The notes: generated from the sequence alone by a model not told the origin. Shown: positions 1 to 9,325, counted from the stretch's first letter. The stretch is 64,000 bases of DNA from a virus (IMGVR_UViG_3300009784_000001:54418-118417); one strand, 5' to 3'. Numbers and translations: made by a program.

Positions 1-41
1 AATTGGCATACCTACAATTAATAAGGTGAAAATCCTTATCC

Positions 42-689
42 CTATCCAATATTTTCTTTTAATGATTTTTTTAACGTTTTTTCATCCAATGTTTCAGGCA
101 ATTTATCTAATGAATAACACCCAACAATTTTAACAGGTTTATATTCATTATCAAAAGCCACAGGTTCATTATTTTGTAAATAATAAAACCTATCTTTTTC
201 AGTTAATTTTCGTTTGTTAAATCCTTTATAGATTTCAAAAACATTCTTATCCAAATCAATTACATAAGCCCATTCACAAAATAAACTATCACCAAAAAAC
301 TTTTCGTCATTCAATAACCCTTCAATTTCAAAACCACCTTTCTTAAATTCATAAGGTTCACCTGTTTTTTCATTATATCTTGTTTCAATAAACCATCCAT
401 CATTGTAAATATAATTCAAAACATCAGAATCACACAAAAGATAATCATATTTTGCTCTATTTAATGTTTTATTTTTATCATTTATTTCCTTATTAATTTC
501 TTCTTTTCTTTTATCAGATAACCAACTAGGAAGATTATTAATCTTTTCAGAGAATTTTTGAATATCAATATTTTTCAAAAAATTCATAACACCTTCTCCT
601 ACCCCTGTAGGATAACCATCAAATTGACAATATTGAGCAACCTTAAATTCGCCATTCTTAACAACTCCAACACAACTTCTTGTACTCAT
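42..689 (-). CDS. hypothetical protein (215 aa)
   Basis: Track ORF with an ATG start (cat at 687-689). No recognisable motif. Confidence 0.5.
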   Translation of the reverse strand: MSTRSCVGVVKNGEFKVAQYCQFDGYPTGVGEGVMNFLKNIDIQKFSEKINNLPSWLSDKRKEEINKEINDKNKTLNRAKYDYLLCDSDVLNYIYNDGWFIETRYNEKTGEPYEFKKGGFEIEGLLNDEKFFGDSLFCEWAYVIDLDKNVFEIYKGFNKRKLTEKDRFYYLQNNEPVAFDNEYKPVKIVGCYSLDKLPETLDEKTLKKSLKENIG

Positions 690-766
690 TGATTATTATT
701 TTTAATTTGTTATTAATTTATAAAACAAAGATAAGGTAATTTTTTCAAACTACCTAATCTTTTATA

Positions 767-1123
767 TTAAAAATTGTTAAATAAAGGAATTACTTTACAA
801 TTTAACATTTCTTCCACTGCCTCCTTATCCCTACGATCTTCCCAATAAATTGAAAAATCTAACTCCTGGTCAATATCAATATTATATTTATCAGCTTCTT
901 TCCAATCCCAAAAGCAAAGGGCTTGCCCTGTTTCTTCATTTTCCAAAGTCCATTCAACCCTTACTTTCATATCAGTATCCTTTGTAGTTATTTCACCACT
1001 ATTCAAGGCTTCAGGAAGGTTAAACTGTTCCTTACCAAAAACTTCTCTCATTTTCCTAACAGTAGAGGTTACAGTTCCCATTTTGTGGGAAGAAACAAAC
1101 TTGCTATTTTTAATGTATTTCAT
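767..1123 (-). CDS. hypothetical protein (118 aa)
   Basis: Track ORF with an ATG start, packed against its neighbours. Confidence 0.5.
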   Translation of the reverse strand: MKYIKNSKFVSSHKMGTVTSTVRKMREVFGKEQFNLPEALNSGEITTKDTDMKVRVEWTLENEETGQALCFWDWKEADKYNIDIDQELDFSIYWEDRRDKEAVEEMLNCKVIPLFNNF

Positions 1124-1126
1124 TTT

Positions 1127-1480
1127 TTAATCCCCCTTATAATTTTCCAAATATTTAATAGCTTCATCCACATTGACAAATTCCAAATCATGGTAATTTT
1201 GATACAAGGGAATATCAATATTATATTTTTTAATGTATCTTACCACATCAATATCTTCTTTGAACAATTTTTGCTCTTCTCCCCAGAAAAATTTCTTAAA
1301 ACCATTTGCAAATCTTTTATTTGCTTTTTCAAACTCAGGAGTGAAATAAAACATTTTACGAATATGCCCAAATTTCAAATGAATATAGGAATTATTATCC
1401 CCATAAAAATCAATGGTAGGTTCTTTCTTATAATGAATGTCTGTACCATTTTCCAATGTTTCTACTACTACATTTTCCAT
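1127..1480 (-). CDS. hypothetical protein (117 aa)
   Basis: Track ORF. Early promoter box at 1512-1568 lies upstream. Confidence 0.5.
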   Translation of the reverse strand: MENVVVETLENGTDIHYKKEPTIDFYGDNNSYIHLKFGHIRKMFYFTPEFEKANKRFANGFKKFFWGEEQKLFKEDIDVVRYIKKYNIDIPLYQNYHDLEFVNVDEAIKYLENYKGD

Positions 1481-1511
1481 TTTATTTAATTTTTTGTTAT
1501 TAATATTGTAT

Positions 1512-1568
1512 TACAAAGATAAAAATTTATTCTGATATAACCAAAGAATAAATGTTAATAATTCTTAA
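1512..1568 (-). promoter_or_regulatory. Bacteroidota-type early promoter (-7 TATCTTTGTA, -33 TTTG, upstream TTAACAATTATTAAC-like box)
   Basis: Plus strand shows tacaaagata at 1512-1521 and atgttaataattcttaa at 1552-1568, so the minus strand reads TAnnTTTG. The same arrangement recurs before about 28 genes. Confidence 0.6.
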
Positions 1569-1822
1569 ATTACAACTTTTTTTCTATCATTATAAATTGA
1601 TTCTATCCAACTATTAGTAGAAGAATAATTAAGCCCTTTAACTACTACTTTCAAAGCCCATTCAAAAGCATTATTCAATTGTTCTTCTGTTTTGCAGGAA
1701 TAAAGTACATCAATTATTTTCTCATTCCTTGTTTGTGTATCTATTAATTGAGGAGCAATTCTTTTTTTAATAGCACCTGGCAAAAATACAGTTAATATTT
1801 TTATTTTATTATCTTTTTTCAT
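1565..1822 (-). CDS. hypothetical protein (85 aa)
   Basis: Track ORF with an ATG start. Confidence 0.45.
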   Translation of the reverse strand: MKKDNKIKILTVFLPGAIKKRIAPQLIDTQTRNEKIIDVLYSCKTEEQLNNAFEWALKVVVKGLNYSSTNSWIESIYNDRKKVVI

Positions 1823-1826
1823 TCCT

Positions 1827-2114
1827 TTAATTTTTCAAAGTTCCTACAATTTCAGTTCCTAAATCATACAAGGTATCAATACATAAAGTATCAACATATA
1901 TTTCTTCTCCTTCACTTGTAATTACAGCAGGATAAGGATCATCAAAAATTACATTTACTATTTGAAAAACTTTATCTTCACTCAACTTTTTGCCCTTTAC
2001 CTTCAAGGTAATATTTTTCTTTTCCTTTATTACTTCTTCAATACTTGATAACAATTCCATTTGTAAATCATCAAGTGCTTCAAGTTTATTATTTAATACA
2101 TTTATCTTATTCAT
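1827..2114 (-). CDS. hypothetical protein (95 aa)
   Basis: Track ORF with an ATG start. Confidence 0.45.
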   Translation of the reverse strand: MNKINVLNNKLEALDDLQMELLSSIEEVIKEKKNITLKVKGKKLSEDKVFQIVNVIFDDPYPAVITSEGEEIYVDTLCIDTLYDLGTEIVGTLKN

Positions 2115-2229
2115 TTTACTTAATTTTTATTTTATTGTAAAAATATAAAAAATAGGGATTTTGTGGGTCTTCTTTTTAATCTTTCCTGCTTGGCAGCCCA
2201 CAGCACTGAAAGTTCCCTAATGTTTTTTT

Positions 2230-2493
2230 TTAATCTATGGAAGGGAATTTATTGATACCATTCCTATCACATATTTCTTCCAAAATATCTTCAAATGCAC
2301 CTTTATGAAAACGATTTTTTCTGTCCCCACCATCCAAATAATTCAAATGTTTCCCTGTAGTAGTTCCCCACCGATTTTCAGATACATATAACTTTCCATT
2401 TTCCATTACTGCAACAATGGTAGAATAAGAAAACCAAAATCCTATTCTATTCACCTCAATCTTTCTAAAATTCACTCTTGAAATACCACTCAT
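2230..2493 (-). CDS. hypothetical protein, start corrected to Met20 of the track ORF
   Basis: The track start at 2550 is TTG, and the N-terminus IIPYLCIE is the translated promoter box. The first ATG is at 2493. Confidence 0.45.
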   Translation of the reverse strand: MSGISRVNFRKIEVNRIGFWFSYSTIVAVMENGKLYVSENRWGTTTGKHLNYLDGGDRKNRFHKGAFEDILEEICDRNGINKFPSID

Positions 2494-2525
2494 TTTATTT
2501 AATTTTTTATTTGTTTTAACTTCAA

Positions 2526-2583
2526 TACAAAGATAAGGAATTATTACCAATCTACCAAACTTTCTAAGTTAATAAATGTTAAT
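2526..2583 (-). promoter_or_regulatory. early promoter (same class)
   Basis: Plus strand shows tacaaagata at 2526-2535 and gttaataaatgttaat at 2568-2583. Confidence 0.6.
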
Positions 2584-2768
2584 TATTCAGCAATTCTACC
2601 AAAATATTTTATTAAACAATTTATATATTCTAATTTTTCATTCCAATAATTGACTTGCCCTTTACAAGGCTTTACCTTCTTAACATCCATTGTACGCAAA
2701 AAATCTAATGTTTTACATAAAGATCCTTCAAATTCAAGTATTATAATATTTTGTTCTTCGTTTGTCAT
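2583..2768 (-). CDS. hypothetical protein (61 aa)
   Basis: Track ORF. Confidence 0.4.
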   Translation of the reverse strand: MTNEEQNIIILEFEGSLCKTLDFLRTMDVKKVKPCKGQVNYWNEKLEYINCLIKYFGRIAE

Positions 2769-2938
2769 ATTATAATATTTTATTTAATATTTTTTGTGCT
2801 ACCCATATCATTGAAAGTAGAAATAATGTTACCCATATTCCTAAAGAATATATTGCCCATATTACTATCCCAATAAAGAAAAAAGTTATTAACAATAATA
2901 AAACATCATATCTAAACCACAACCACCAATTTTTCATA

Positions 2939-3427
2939 TTACCAATCTTTTAATAAACCTTTCAAATTATCTTTTGTTTCAATTATTTCAATTTCAATAT
3001 TCCCATTTTTTGATACCTTATTCAATTCTTCTTTGAGTTTATCTATAAATTCTCCACCCTTACCAATTAAAATTCCAGGACGAGCAGTAAATATATAAAC
3101 TGTATTCCCTACACATTTAACACCATCCACTGAATTATAAATGTAAGCAGTTTCCAGTCCATAAAAATCTTCTTCCAATTTCTTAATTACATCCATTACA
3201 GAAACAACAATTTCAGGGTACATAGTTTCACATGCCATTCCAATAGCCGTATCCAACATTTCTTTTTGCAAATTCTTTGAAAACTCCTTCTGTTCAAAAT
3301 CTGTTAAATGTTCCTGTATTACTTTTATAGTATATTCCATTCCTTTATTATAACCAATCAGAACAGCAGCTTGGATAATTTCTCCAATCCTATCAGGATT
3401 CAATATCATTATATCATTTATTTTCAT
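2939..3427 (-). CDS. KH-domain-like RNA-binding protein (putative)
   Basis: [11 protein letters not shown] matches the GxxG loop of a KH fold. The track start at 3433 is TTG; the ATG is at 3427. Confidence 0.45.
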   Translation of the reverse strand: MKINDIMILNPDRIGEIIQAAVLIGYNKGMEYTIKVIQEHLTDFEQKEFSKNLQKEMLDTAIGMACETMYPEIVVSVMDVIKKLEEDFYGLETAYIYNSVDGVKCVGNTVYIFTARPGILIGKGGEFIDKLKEELNKVSKNGNIEIEIIETKDNLKGLLKDW

Positions 3428-3440
3428 ACTCAATTGCGTA

Positions 3441-3857
3441 TTATATATTATAATTTTGTCCGTTCACTGTTAAAATTTCTGAATAACCCCTTATACCATC
3501 TGTATCAGTTCTTATACAATCATCAAATAAACATAATACAGTTCCCTCTTTTTCTTCATTACAAAAATAACCAACTTTGTCACCTTGTTTAATGCCATAC
3601 TGTTTCGATAATTCTATTTGTTCATCATCCACAACCCAACACCTTACAACTTCAAGGAAAAATCCATCAATCAAATAAGATATACCAAATTTGGTAGCAT
3701 AGCTTAAAGAAGAAAGTTTATCAGAATAAACTCCTTTTATTTCACCTAATTTGTATTCCCATAATTGAGTTTCTTTATTAAAACAAGGATATACAGCTTG
3801 TTTCCCTATATTTTGTAAATATACTCTATTTTTACTGTTTTTTGCTAATTTTCTCAT
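3441..3857 (-). CDS. hypothetical protein (138 aa)
   Basis: Track ORF. Confidence 0.5.
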   Translation of the reverse strand: MRKLAKNSKNRVYLQNIGKQAVYPCFNKETQLWEYKLGEIKGVYSDKLSSLSYATKFGISYLIDGFFLEVVRCWVVDDEQIELSKQYGIKQGDKVGYFCNEEKEGTVLCLFDDCIRTDTDGIRGYSEILTVNGQNYNI

Positions 3858-4156
3858 GCTTCAATTGCTTCATAAAGATTAACCAATTCATCCAAACTCA
3901 ATTCAATTACCAAGTATTCATCCACTGTTGTTTCACTATAAACAAGTTCGCCATTATCATTGAAATATACATAATTTGGATATATAAATTCATTTCCTTC
4001 ATTTTCAATTACATAATTTTGAATATTTCCATTCAAACGCAAGAAACAATCATCCCCACTACCCATTCGATGCAATATCATTGAAATATCCCTTACTATC
4101 TCATCATGCATCTTTTCCATTTCTTTCTTAATGTCTGTTAAATCTACTGTTTTCAT
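3854..4156 (-). CDS. hypothetical acidic protein (100 aa)
   Basis: Track ORF whose stop overlaps the next gene's start by 4 nt. Confidence 0.5.
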   Translation of the reverse strand: MKTVDLTDIKKEMEKMHDEIVRDISMILHRMGSGDDCFLRLNGNIQNYVIENEGNEFIYPNYVYFNDNGELVYSETTVDEYLVIELSLDELVNLYEAIEA

Positions 4157-4227
4157 TTTATTATTATTTGATATTACAAAAGTACAAAAATTCTACTAAT
4201 CTACAAAATAATTAAAGTTAATAAATC

Positions 4228-4476
4228 TTAATTTTTTTGATATTTAGGAGGTAACTGACTTATATAAGTATAAGCAATTTTACTAATATGTTTTCTATTA
4301 ATTTCAAGATGCTTATTATCCGTCCCTAACAAATTGCTAATTGAATCATCTTTGAAACGACTTTGTTTTCTAAAACAATTCATATACATATTAGGTAAAG
4401 TAGAATAACATATATTCAATAAAATTAAACCATCATTGTTTAACCTTTTTATCTTTTCAAATTCTTTCTTTGTCAT
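4228..4476 (-). CDS. hypothetical protein (82 aa)
   Basis: Track ORF. Confidence 0.4.
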   Translation of the reverse strand: MTKKEFEKIKRLNNDGLILLNICYSTLPNMYMNCFRKQSRFKDDSISNLLGTDNKHLEINRKHISKIAYTYISQLPPKYQKN

Positions 4477-4488
4477 TGTTATATTCTA

Positions 4489-4713
4489 TTAAGCTAAAAC
4501 ACAATTATCATCATTTAACCATTGAATAAAGTCTGTTTTCTTCTCTAAATATTTAATGAAAGCTGCCCTTGCAAAAGCCTCTCCCCTATAATATTCAATT
4601 TTATCACATAAGAAATCAATAATTGCATCTTTTTCATCATCTTTTCTTATCTGTGCTTTTATACCTCCAACCATCGTAGAAGCAAAATTTCTTGCTATAT
4701 CACCATTTGTCAT
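4489..4713 (-). CDS. hypothetical protein (74 aa)
   Basis: Track ORF. Promoter at 4738-4794 lies upstream. Confidence 0.45.
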   Translation of the reverse strand: MTNGDIARNFASTMVGGIKAQIRKDDEKDAIIDFLCDKIEYYRGEAFARAAFIKYLEKKTDFIQWLNDDNCVLA

Positions 4714-4737
4714 ATTTTATCTTATTTTTAATTTCAA

Positions 4738-4794
4738 TACAAAGATAAGAAATTATTCCCAGACTACCAAAAATGAAAAGTTAATAATTGTTAA
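4738..4794 (-). promoter_or_regulatory. early promoter (same class)
   Basis: Plus strand shows tacaaagata at 4738-4747 and gttaataattgttaa at 4780-4794. Confidence 0.6.
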
Positions 4795-4871
4795 AATTTA
4801 TATCTTGTCTAATCTTAAATTATATAATAATCAATAAAACTATTTTAACTTGTCTAAAATATGTTAAAAAA

Positions 4872-4899
4872 AGATAGGTAGCTACTTCATTCTACCTAT
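4872..4899 (-). terminator. intrinsic terminator hairpin (GATAGGTAG / CTACCTATC)
   Basis: A 9-bp perfect stem is followed on the minus strand by UUUUUUUAACAU. It forms part of the repeated intergenic cassette. Confidence 0.55.
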
Positions 4900-4933
4900 C
4901 TTCCCATCAAACAAACAAAATTAAATAAGATTA

Positions 4934-5311
4934 TTAAATAGTATTTTTAATCATTTCAATTGCATTACCTAAACTTTTTGCACAATCTTCCCAATAATTC
5001 ATTGCCAAGACTGGCTCAAAAATAATTTTACCTTTCCCATTGCTATATGAACGTTTACTAATGATGCTTTTCATTACTTTCATATTGAAAATTTTATCTC
5101 CTTCTTTTACAATAAGAGGATTAAAACTATTAATACCTACAGAAGTCCCATTAATACCTTTTCCTTCTTCTGTTAAAACATAATCATCACTTACCGATGT
5201 GGCAACAATTTCATTTTCATTGCTTTCTTTGAATTTCTGTTCAAACATTTCTTTCCTTTGTTGCATATCTTGCAAAACTTCTTCCCAATTAACTTTTGAT
5301 GAATCTTCCAT
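4934..5311 (-). CDS. hypothetical protein (125 aa)
   Basis: Track ORF. Confidence 0.5.
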   Translation of the reverse strand: MEDSSKVNWEEVLQDMQQRKEMFEQKFKESNENEIVATSVSDDYVLTEEGKGINGTSVGINSFNPLIVKEGDKIFNMKVMKSIISKRSYSNGKGKIIFEPVLAMNYWEDCAKSLGNAIEMIKNTI

Positions 5312-5375
5312 ATTGTTTATTTTTTTTTATACTATAAAGATAAGAAATCTATTTCAATTTTCCAAAGAAATAATG

Positions 5376-5672
5376 TTAAAATTTATCAAAGTTTGCAAAT
5401 CTATTCAAATAATCTAATCCTGCTGCCAATTTATTGAAATCCCCTTTGAAAATAATATTCCCAAAATTATCCTGGATTTCAATTAATCCTTCATTTTCAC
5501 GCCGTTTATAAGTATCCCCAAATCCCTCAAATACATCAAAGGTAAATTGTACATTCCTTCCATTATTGTCATTTGTTAAATTTACTCTTACTCTGCCTAC
5601 ATTACTCCTTATATTTTCATTTACTTTCCCTTTAACTCCCTGAACTGCTACACTTAATCTATTTGTTGCCAT
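5376..5672 (-). CDS. hypothetical protein (98 aa)
   Basis: Track ORF. Promoter at 5700-5756 lies upstream. Confidence 0.45.
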   Translation of the reverse strand: MATNRLSVAVQGVKGKVNENIRSNVGRVRVNLTNDNNGRNVQFTFDVFEGFGDTYKRRENEGLIEIQDNFGNIIFKGDFNKLAAGLDYLNRFANFDKF

Positions 5673-5699
5673 GTTATCTAATATTTAATTATTTGTTAT

Positions 5700-5756
5700 C
5701 ACAAAGATATGAAAAATTATCTAATCTATAAAGAAAAAAATGTTAATTAATCTTAA
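5700..5756 (-). promoter_or_regulatory. early promoter (same class)
   Basis: Plus strand shows cacaaagata at 5700-5709 and atgttaattaatcttaa at 5740-5756. Confidence 0.6.
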
Positions 5757-5766
5757 TATTATTTTG

Positions 5767-5780
5767 TACTCATTTGAGTA
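5767..5780. repeat. TACTCA-TT-TGAGTA inverted repeat, copy 1 of 6
   Basis: Exact 14-mer found 6 nt 3' of the stop codon of gene 5787-6029. Confidence 0.7.
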
Positions 5781-5786
5781 TATATA

Positions 5787-6029
5787 TTAAAATTCTTTTA
5801 CATCAAAACTGTCAATTACAACAATCTCCCCTATTTTATAAGGCTTCAAATAATTATCCCTGTAAGACTTCCAATAGGAATTGTTAAATTTATTTAAAGC
5901 CTTATCCATCCTTATTTGTTTATTTCTGTTGGATGGATAGTATTTTAACAACTTCCCTACCCTTGTGCAAATAACTGCAAAGTCCTCTTTGAAATATAAA
6001 ATTGTTGCTTTTTGTCCTATGTATTCCAT
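5787..6029 (-). CDS. hypothetical protein (80 aa)
   Basis: Track ORF. Confidence 0.45.
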   Translation of the reverse strand: MEYIGQKATILYFKEDFAVICTRVGKLLKYYPSNRNKQIRMDKALNKFNNSYWKSYRDNYLKPYKIGEIVVIDSFDVKEF

Positions 6030-6517
6030 TATTCTTTAATTTGAAATAGACAATCTATATATAATTTGCTTTCTTCTGCTGTATAAACTCCCATATCTAC
6101 CAAACATTGTGTAGAATAAGCTGCAAATACTATTCCACTCCAATCAAAATCTACACAATGAATGCCATCTTGTACTGTTAAAAATTGATATTTTTTAAGA
6201 AATTCCCAATAGGACAATTTTTTTGCTTTCTCATATTCAGCCCATCTCTTTTGTCTTTCATCCCATAGAAGATTATCATATCCCCCTCTTTTGATAAGAA
6301 AATTATAAGCCTGGTCATCAGCATAGGAAGACCAAAAATCAGTTTTAACACTTACTCGGCTACCTTGAAAACTATACAATTTATTGATAGCTCTTTTACA
6401 TTGATTAAGAAAACCATCCCAACCTTCAACACTTTGAGAATGGGTCGTGTAAATGTCCCTTTTCTCAAAATCTTTCATAAATTGTTTGCATTCCTTATCT
6501 GTCATATTGGCTATCAT
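6029..6517 (-). CDS. hypothetical protein (162 aa)
   Basis: Track ORF. Promoter at 6527-6583 lies upstream. Confidence 0.5.
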   Translation of the reverse strand: MIANMTDKECKQFMKDFEKRDIYTTHSQSVEGWDGFLNQCKRAINKLYSFQGSRVSVKTDFWSSYADDQAYNFLIKRGGYDNLLWDERQKRWAEYEKAKKLSYWEFLKKYQFLTVQDGIHCVDFDWSGIVFAAYSTQCLVDMGVYTAEESKLYIDCLFQIKE

Positions 6518-6526
6518 CTTTAATAT

Positions 6527-6583
6527 TACAAAGGTAAGAAAAAATTCCTACCTTTGCAAATATTTAATGTTAAATAATCTTAA
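6527..6583 (-). promoter_or_regulatory. early promoter (same class, TACCTTTG variant)
   Basis: Plus strand shows tacaaaggta at 6527-6536 and atgttaaataatcttaa at 6567-6583. Confidence 0.6.
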
Positions 6584-7152
6584 TCTTCAAAACAAAATGA
6601 GCTATCCTTAAAATATTCCCATTCATTAATTTCACTCATTTCAATAAAATTTTCTTCACTGAAATAATAATCATAATCCGCTTGAATAGCTTTTTGCCCA
6701 CTCTGGTAACATTCTCTAACAAGTTCCCCATAAGTCAAAGGACTATTTTTATAATCATTTAACCACTCCCAAAAAGGATCTAAAAAGACATCATCCATGC
6801 AGTATCCTGTCAATGGACAACTATATCTTTTTACATTGCTATTTTTATTTGTATATTCCTCTCCTTTGGTAAACTTTGAAATAACATCATTTACTTTCAA
6901 AAAGCTGTACAACTCTTCTCCTGTCAATTCTTCAATTTCTGTCAAGTTATAAACTCCATAAGTTACTGCAATTTCATCCCTTCTTAACCATATATAAGGT
7001 AAAGCATCTATGAAGGCTTTTATTGTTGCTTCATTATCCCTATTATCATAACTTTCATCTTTTTGAAAATTATAATGTGCCTTTTCAAAAGCCTTTGGAA
7101 ATAATTCCTTTAATTCTTTTGCTGTGTAAGCTGTTTTTTCTATTATTCTCAT
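6580..7152 (-). CDS. hypothetical protein (190 aa)
   Basis: Track ORF. Promoter at 7183-7239 lies upstream. Confidence 0.5.
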   Translation of the reverse strand: MRIIEKTAYTAKELKELFPKAFEKAHYNFQKDESYDNRDNEATIKAFIDALPYIWLRRDEIAVTYGVYNLTEIEELTGEELYSFLKVNDVISKFTKGEEYTNKNSNVKRYSCPLTGYCMDDVFLDPFWEWLNDYKNSPLTYGELVRECYQSGQKAIQADYDYYFSEENFIEMSEINEWEYFKDSSFCFED

Positions 7153-7182
7153 CTTATCTAATATTTAATTGTTGTTTGATAA

Positions 7183-7239
7183 AACAAAGGTACAAAATTA
7201 TATTGATACTACAAAAAAATTAATGTTAATAATTGTTAA
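7183..7239 (-). promoter_or_regulatory. early promoter (same class)
   Basis: Plus strand shows aacaaaggta at 7183-7192 and gttaataattgttaa at 7225-7239. Confidence 0.6.
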
Positions 7240-7598
7240 TTCGTTTTGCTTCTGATTCTATCAAATTCAACAATTTCATTAAAATTATTACCATCAATAT
7301 GTGGATATTTTATTTTTAAAACATCAATATCAACCATCAAATTATTCATTTCTTCATCAGAAAAGGAAGAAATTAATGCCAAATGTTTACTATCCCATTT
7401 CTTATAAAATTCATAAGCAGCACTATTTTTTGGCAATAACCTTTCCTGTGCCTGACCTCCCCCTGCATAATCAGTCCTTCTGTAATTTAATTGATTAGCA
7501 ACTGTGGAAAAATATTCGTCACTATTTTTTCTGTAAGACTGCCCTCCTACTTCCACTTCAAAAAATATCCTTTTCTTTACTCTAAAACTTACTGTCAT
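7236..7598 (-). CDS. hypothetical protein (120 aa)
   Basis: Track ORF. Promoter at 7635-7695 lies upstream. Confidence 0.5.
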   Translation of the reverse strand: MTVSFRVKKRIFFEVEVGGQSYRKNSDEYFSTVANQLNYRRTDYAGGGQAQERLLPKNSAAYEFYKKWDSKHLALISSFSDEEMNNLMVDIDVLKIKYPHIDGNNFNEIVEFDRIRSKTN

Positions 7599-7634
7599 AT
7601 TACCTAATTTTTATTTGTTTATTTTGTTAAGCAA

Positions 7635-7695
7635 TACAAAGATACAAAATCTTTTCCAATCCACAAAAGAAATAAAGTTAATAAAAGTTAAAAAT
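7635..7695 (-). promoter_or_regulatory. early promoter (same class)
   Basis: Plus strand shows tacaaagata at 7635-7644 and aagttaataaaagttaaaaa at 7676-7695. Confidence 0.6.
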
Positions 7696-7767
7696 TTTTC
7701 ATATTATATAATATTAAAATTTATTCAAAATTTATTATAGATATTTTAACATTCTTAAGAACTACAT

Positions 7768-7808
7768 AAAAAAACCGACCAAAAATAAACATTTCGATCG
7801 GCGGTTTT
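7768..7808 (-). terminator. putative intrinsic terminator
   Basis: On the minus-strand RNA, CCGAUC...GGUCGG forms a 6-bp stem followed by UUUUUUU (the plus-strand A-run at 7768-7775). It closes the ORF-free region. Confidence 0.45.
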
Positions 7809-8312
7809 ATCCTTTTATGATATAACTTTGCCTTCTACTACCTCATTATACTGGCAACAAAATTATAGTGCGACTCATAAAAGTTTCTTGGAATAAAACA
7901 GGAGGTTTATTATCTTTTCTTATCCCTCAAATTGCAGACGTTTCTTTATGATCCCGCCAAAAACACTTCACTTAATTTGCAATTACCTAATCAAATGATG
8001 GTTGTCAATTTCTTTTAATTGTTATGGATATTAATCATTATCATATGTGCCAAACTTTCAATACCCAATTAAAATTTCCCTTAATCTTCAACCAAATTCA
8101 AACACTGCCATCAGGTAGGCAACTAACAACCTTTGAACTTACAAGGCGTTCCAACTCTTTTATTTCACGACTTGGACTAATCGTGCCTTATCCAAATTAA
8201 TAACCCATTTTGTAAAACCCTAAAAACAACCAATGGAAATTTCAAATTATGGACTAACCACTTGGAGTTTTTGTTAAAATAACTTTGAATAAATTTTTTG
8301 CGCTGGTGTAAA
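7776..8312 (-). ncRNA. candidate non-coding RNA of about 530 nt, class unknown
   Basis: No ORF longer than 14 codons on the minus strand. A canonical early promoter (8320-8376) points into the region and a terminator sits at its far end. GC content is visibly higher than in the flanks, and there are local hairpins such as CACGAUUAGUCCAAGUCGUG. Confidence 0.35.
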
Positions 8313-8319
8313 ATCGTAA

Positions 8320-8376
8320 TACAAAGATATAATTTTATTTTTATATAACCAAACCTTTTATGTTAAAAATTCTTAC
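8320..8376 (-). promoter_or_regulatory. early-type promoter driving the ORF-free region
   Basis: Plus strand shows tacaaagata at 8320-8329 and tatgttaaaaattcttac at 8359-8376. The downstream side has no ORF. Confidence 0.55.
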
Positions 8377-8582
8377 TCCATTACCCATATAACCCCTTTT
8401 TCACTCCCTCTAAAAACATTTGAACAGGCAATAGGTTTATTTTCTATCTTATCAGAAAAATAACATCCACTTGCATCTGCTCTCAAAAAACAACAACCTT
8501 TACAAATGTTGCTTTCTGTTTCTATTGCTTTAACTTTTCCTGCAATAAACATTGTATTCTCATCAATTTTAATTACTTCCAT
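8373..8582 (-). CDS. small Cys-rich protein (69 aa)
   Basis: Track ORF carrying CKGCC and CS motifs. Confidence 0.45.
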   Translation of the reverse strand: MEVIKIDENTMFIAGKVKAIETESNICKGCCFLRADASGCYFSDKIENKPIACSNVFRGSEKGVIWVME

Positions 8583-8601
8583 ACATATAAACTATTTTAA
8601 T

Positions 8602-8615
8602 ACTCATTTGAGTAT
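8602..8615. repeat. TACTCA-TT-TGAGTA inverted repeat, copy 2
   Basis: Exact 14-mer found 6 nt 3' of the stop of gene 8621-8824. Confidence 0.7.
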
Positions 8616-8620
8616 GTTTG

Positions 8621-8824
8621 TTAAACTTTATAATATTCATCAGTTTTCAAAAATTGATTCCAATCATTTTGTGCCCAGAAACAGACCGCTCCTGCAAATT
8701 CTTGTTTTGAAAAAGGCAATGTCCTGTATTTCCATTCTGTTTTACCATTATATTGGACATATATTGTGAATGTTCTATTCCGCTTGTTTGAAGAAATTTT
8801 CAATATTTTACCTTTTACTTTCAT
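8621..8824 (-). CDS. small protein, family A (paralog of 14627-14833)
   Basis: The NRTFTI...YKYRT.PFS...DW..F....D.YY pattern is shared with the protein at 14627-14833. Confidence 0.5.
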   Translation of the reverse strand: MKVKGKILKISSNKRNRTFTIYVQYNGKTEWKYRTLPFSKQEFAGAVCFWAQNDWNQFLKTDEYYKV

Positions 8825-8827
8825 AAA

Positions 8828-9025
8828 TTAAAAAAATTTGCTTCTATCACCCAAAATATCAATTATTTCTTTATGACTTTTTCCATAAATGTTAATAGTT
8901 TTAACATCTGCATCTCCACCATTTCCATATCTATCAATTATATCCATTTCAAATTCATTCCAATTCAAAATGTCATAATCACTTTTCCTTTCAATATATG
9001 CTATTGCTAAATTATCTAATTTCAT
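8828..9025 (-). CDS. hypothetical protein (65 aa)
   Basis: Track ORF. Confidence 0.4.
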   Translation of the reverse strand: MKLDNLAIAYIERKSDYDILNWNEFEMDIIDRYGNGGDADVKTINIYGKSHKEIIDILGDRSKFF

Positions 9026-9027
9026 AA

Positions 9028-9237
9028 TTATCTTGTATATGGATATTTGTTTCTTATCAATTCTTTGAACATTCTTTTAGCTTCTGCAACACTATAACCA
9101 ATATATCTTTCTGTTACAGTAGTCCCAAACATAGTGTCCCAGCTTAAACTAAAACCATCAACCCTATGTAAGATTAAATAAATAGGACTTCCTTTCCAAT
9201 TCTTTTCAATGTTGTTATAACCAAATGTAAGTTTCAT
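9028..9237 (-). CDS. hypothetical protein (69 aa)
   Basis: Track ORF. Promoter box at about 9267-9324 lies upstream. Confidence 0.45.
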   Translation of the reverse strand: MKLTFGYNNIEKNWKGSPIYLILHRVDGFSLSWDTMFGTTVTERYIGYSVAEAKRMFKELIRNKYPYTR

Positions 9238-9325
9238 ATTATATAAGTTTTATTGTTTGTTTGTACTACAAAGGTAAGGAAAAAACTCCAGACTACAAAA
9301 TTTCTGGAGTTAATAAATGTTATTT

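Noticed and set aside
923-1489. Plus-strand track ORFs embedded in minus-strand genes. There are about 35 in total, e.g. 923-1489, 2762-2953, 3308-3592, 13858-14187, 16726-17037, 19413-19718, 28107-28517, 31735-31983, 39903-40244, 41380-41706, 51963-52271, 53046-53291 and 61764-61964.
   Set aside because: They lie antisense to well-supported genes and have low-complexity F/I/L/Y-rich translations typical of AT-rich antisense frames. None has a promoter box.
5767-5780. Mini-ORFs (MSTK*, MSIAN*, MSTY*, etc.) that start at the ATG created on the minus strand by each TACTCAAATGAGTA copy.
   Set aside because: They are 4-14 codons long, variable, and without a conserved peptide. This is probably a by-product of the palindrome sequence. 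Only copy 4 coincides with a real 60-aa gene start.
7776-8312. tRNA or tmRNA inside the ORF-free region.
   Set aside because: I scanned both strands for a GTTCRANYC T-loop with a flanking 5-bp stem and a 7-bp acceptor stem, and found none. GTTCAAAGG at about 8125 lacks a matching stem.
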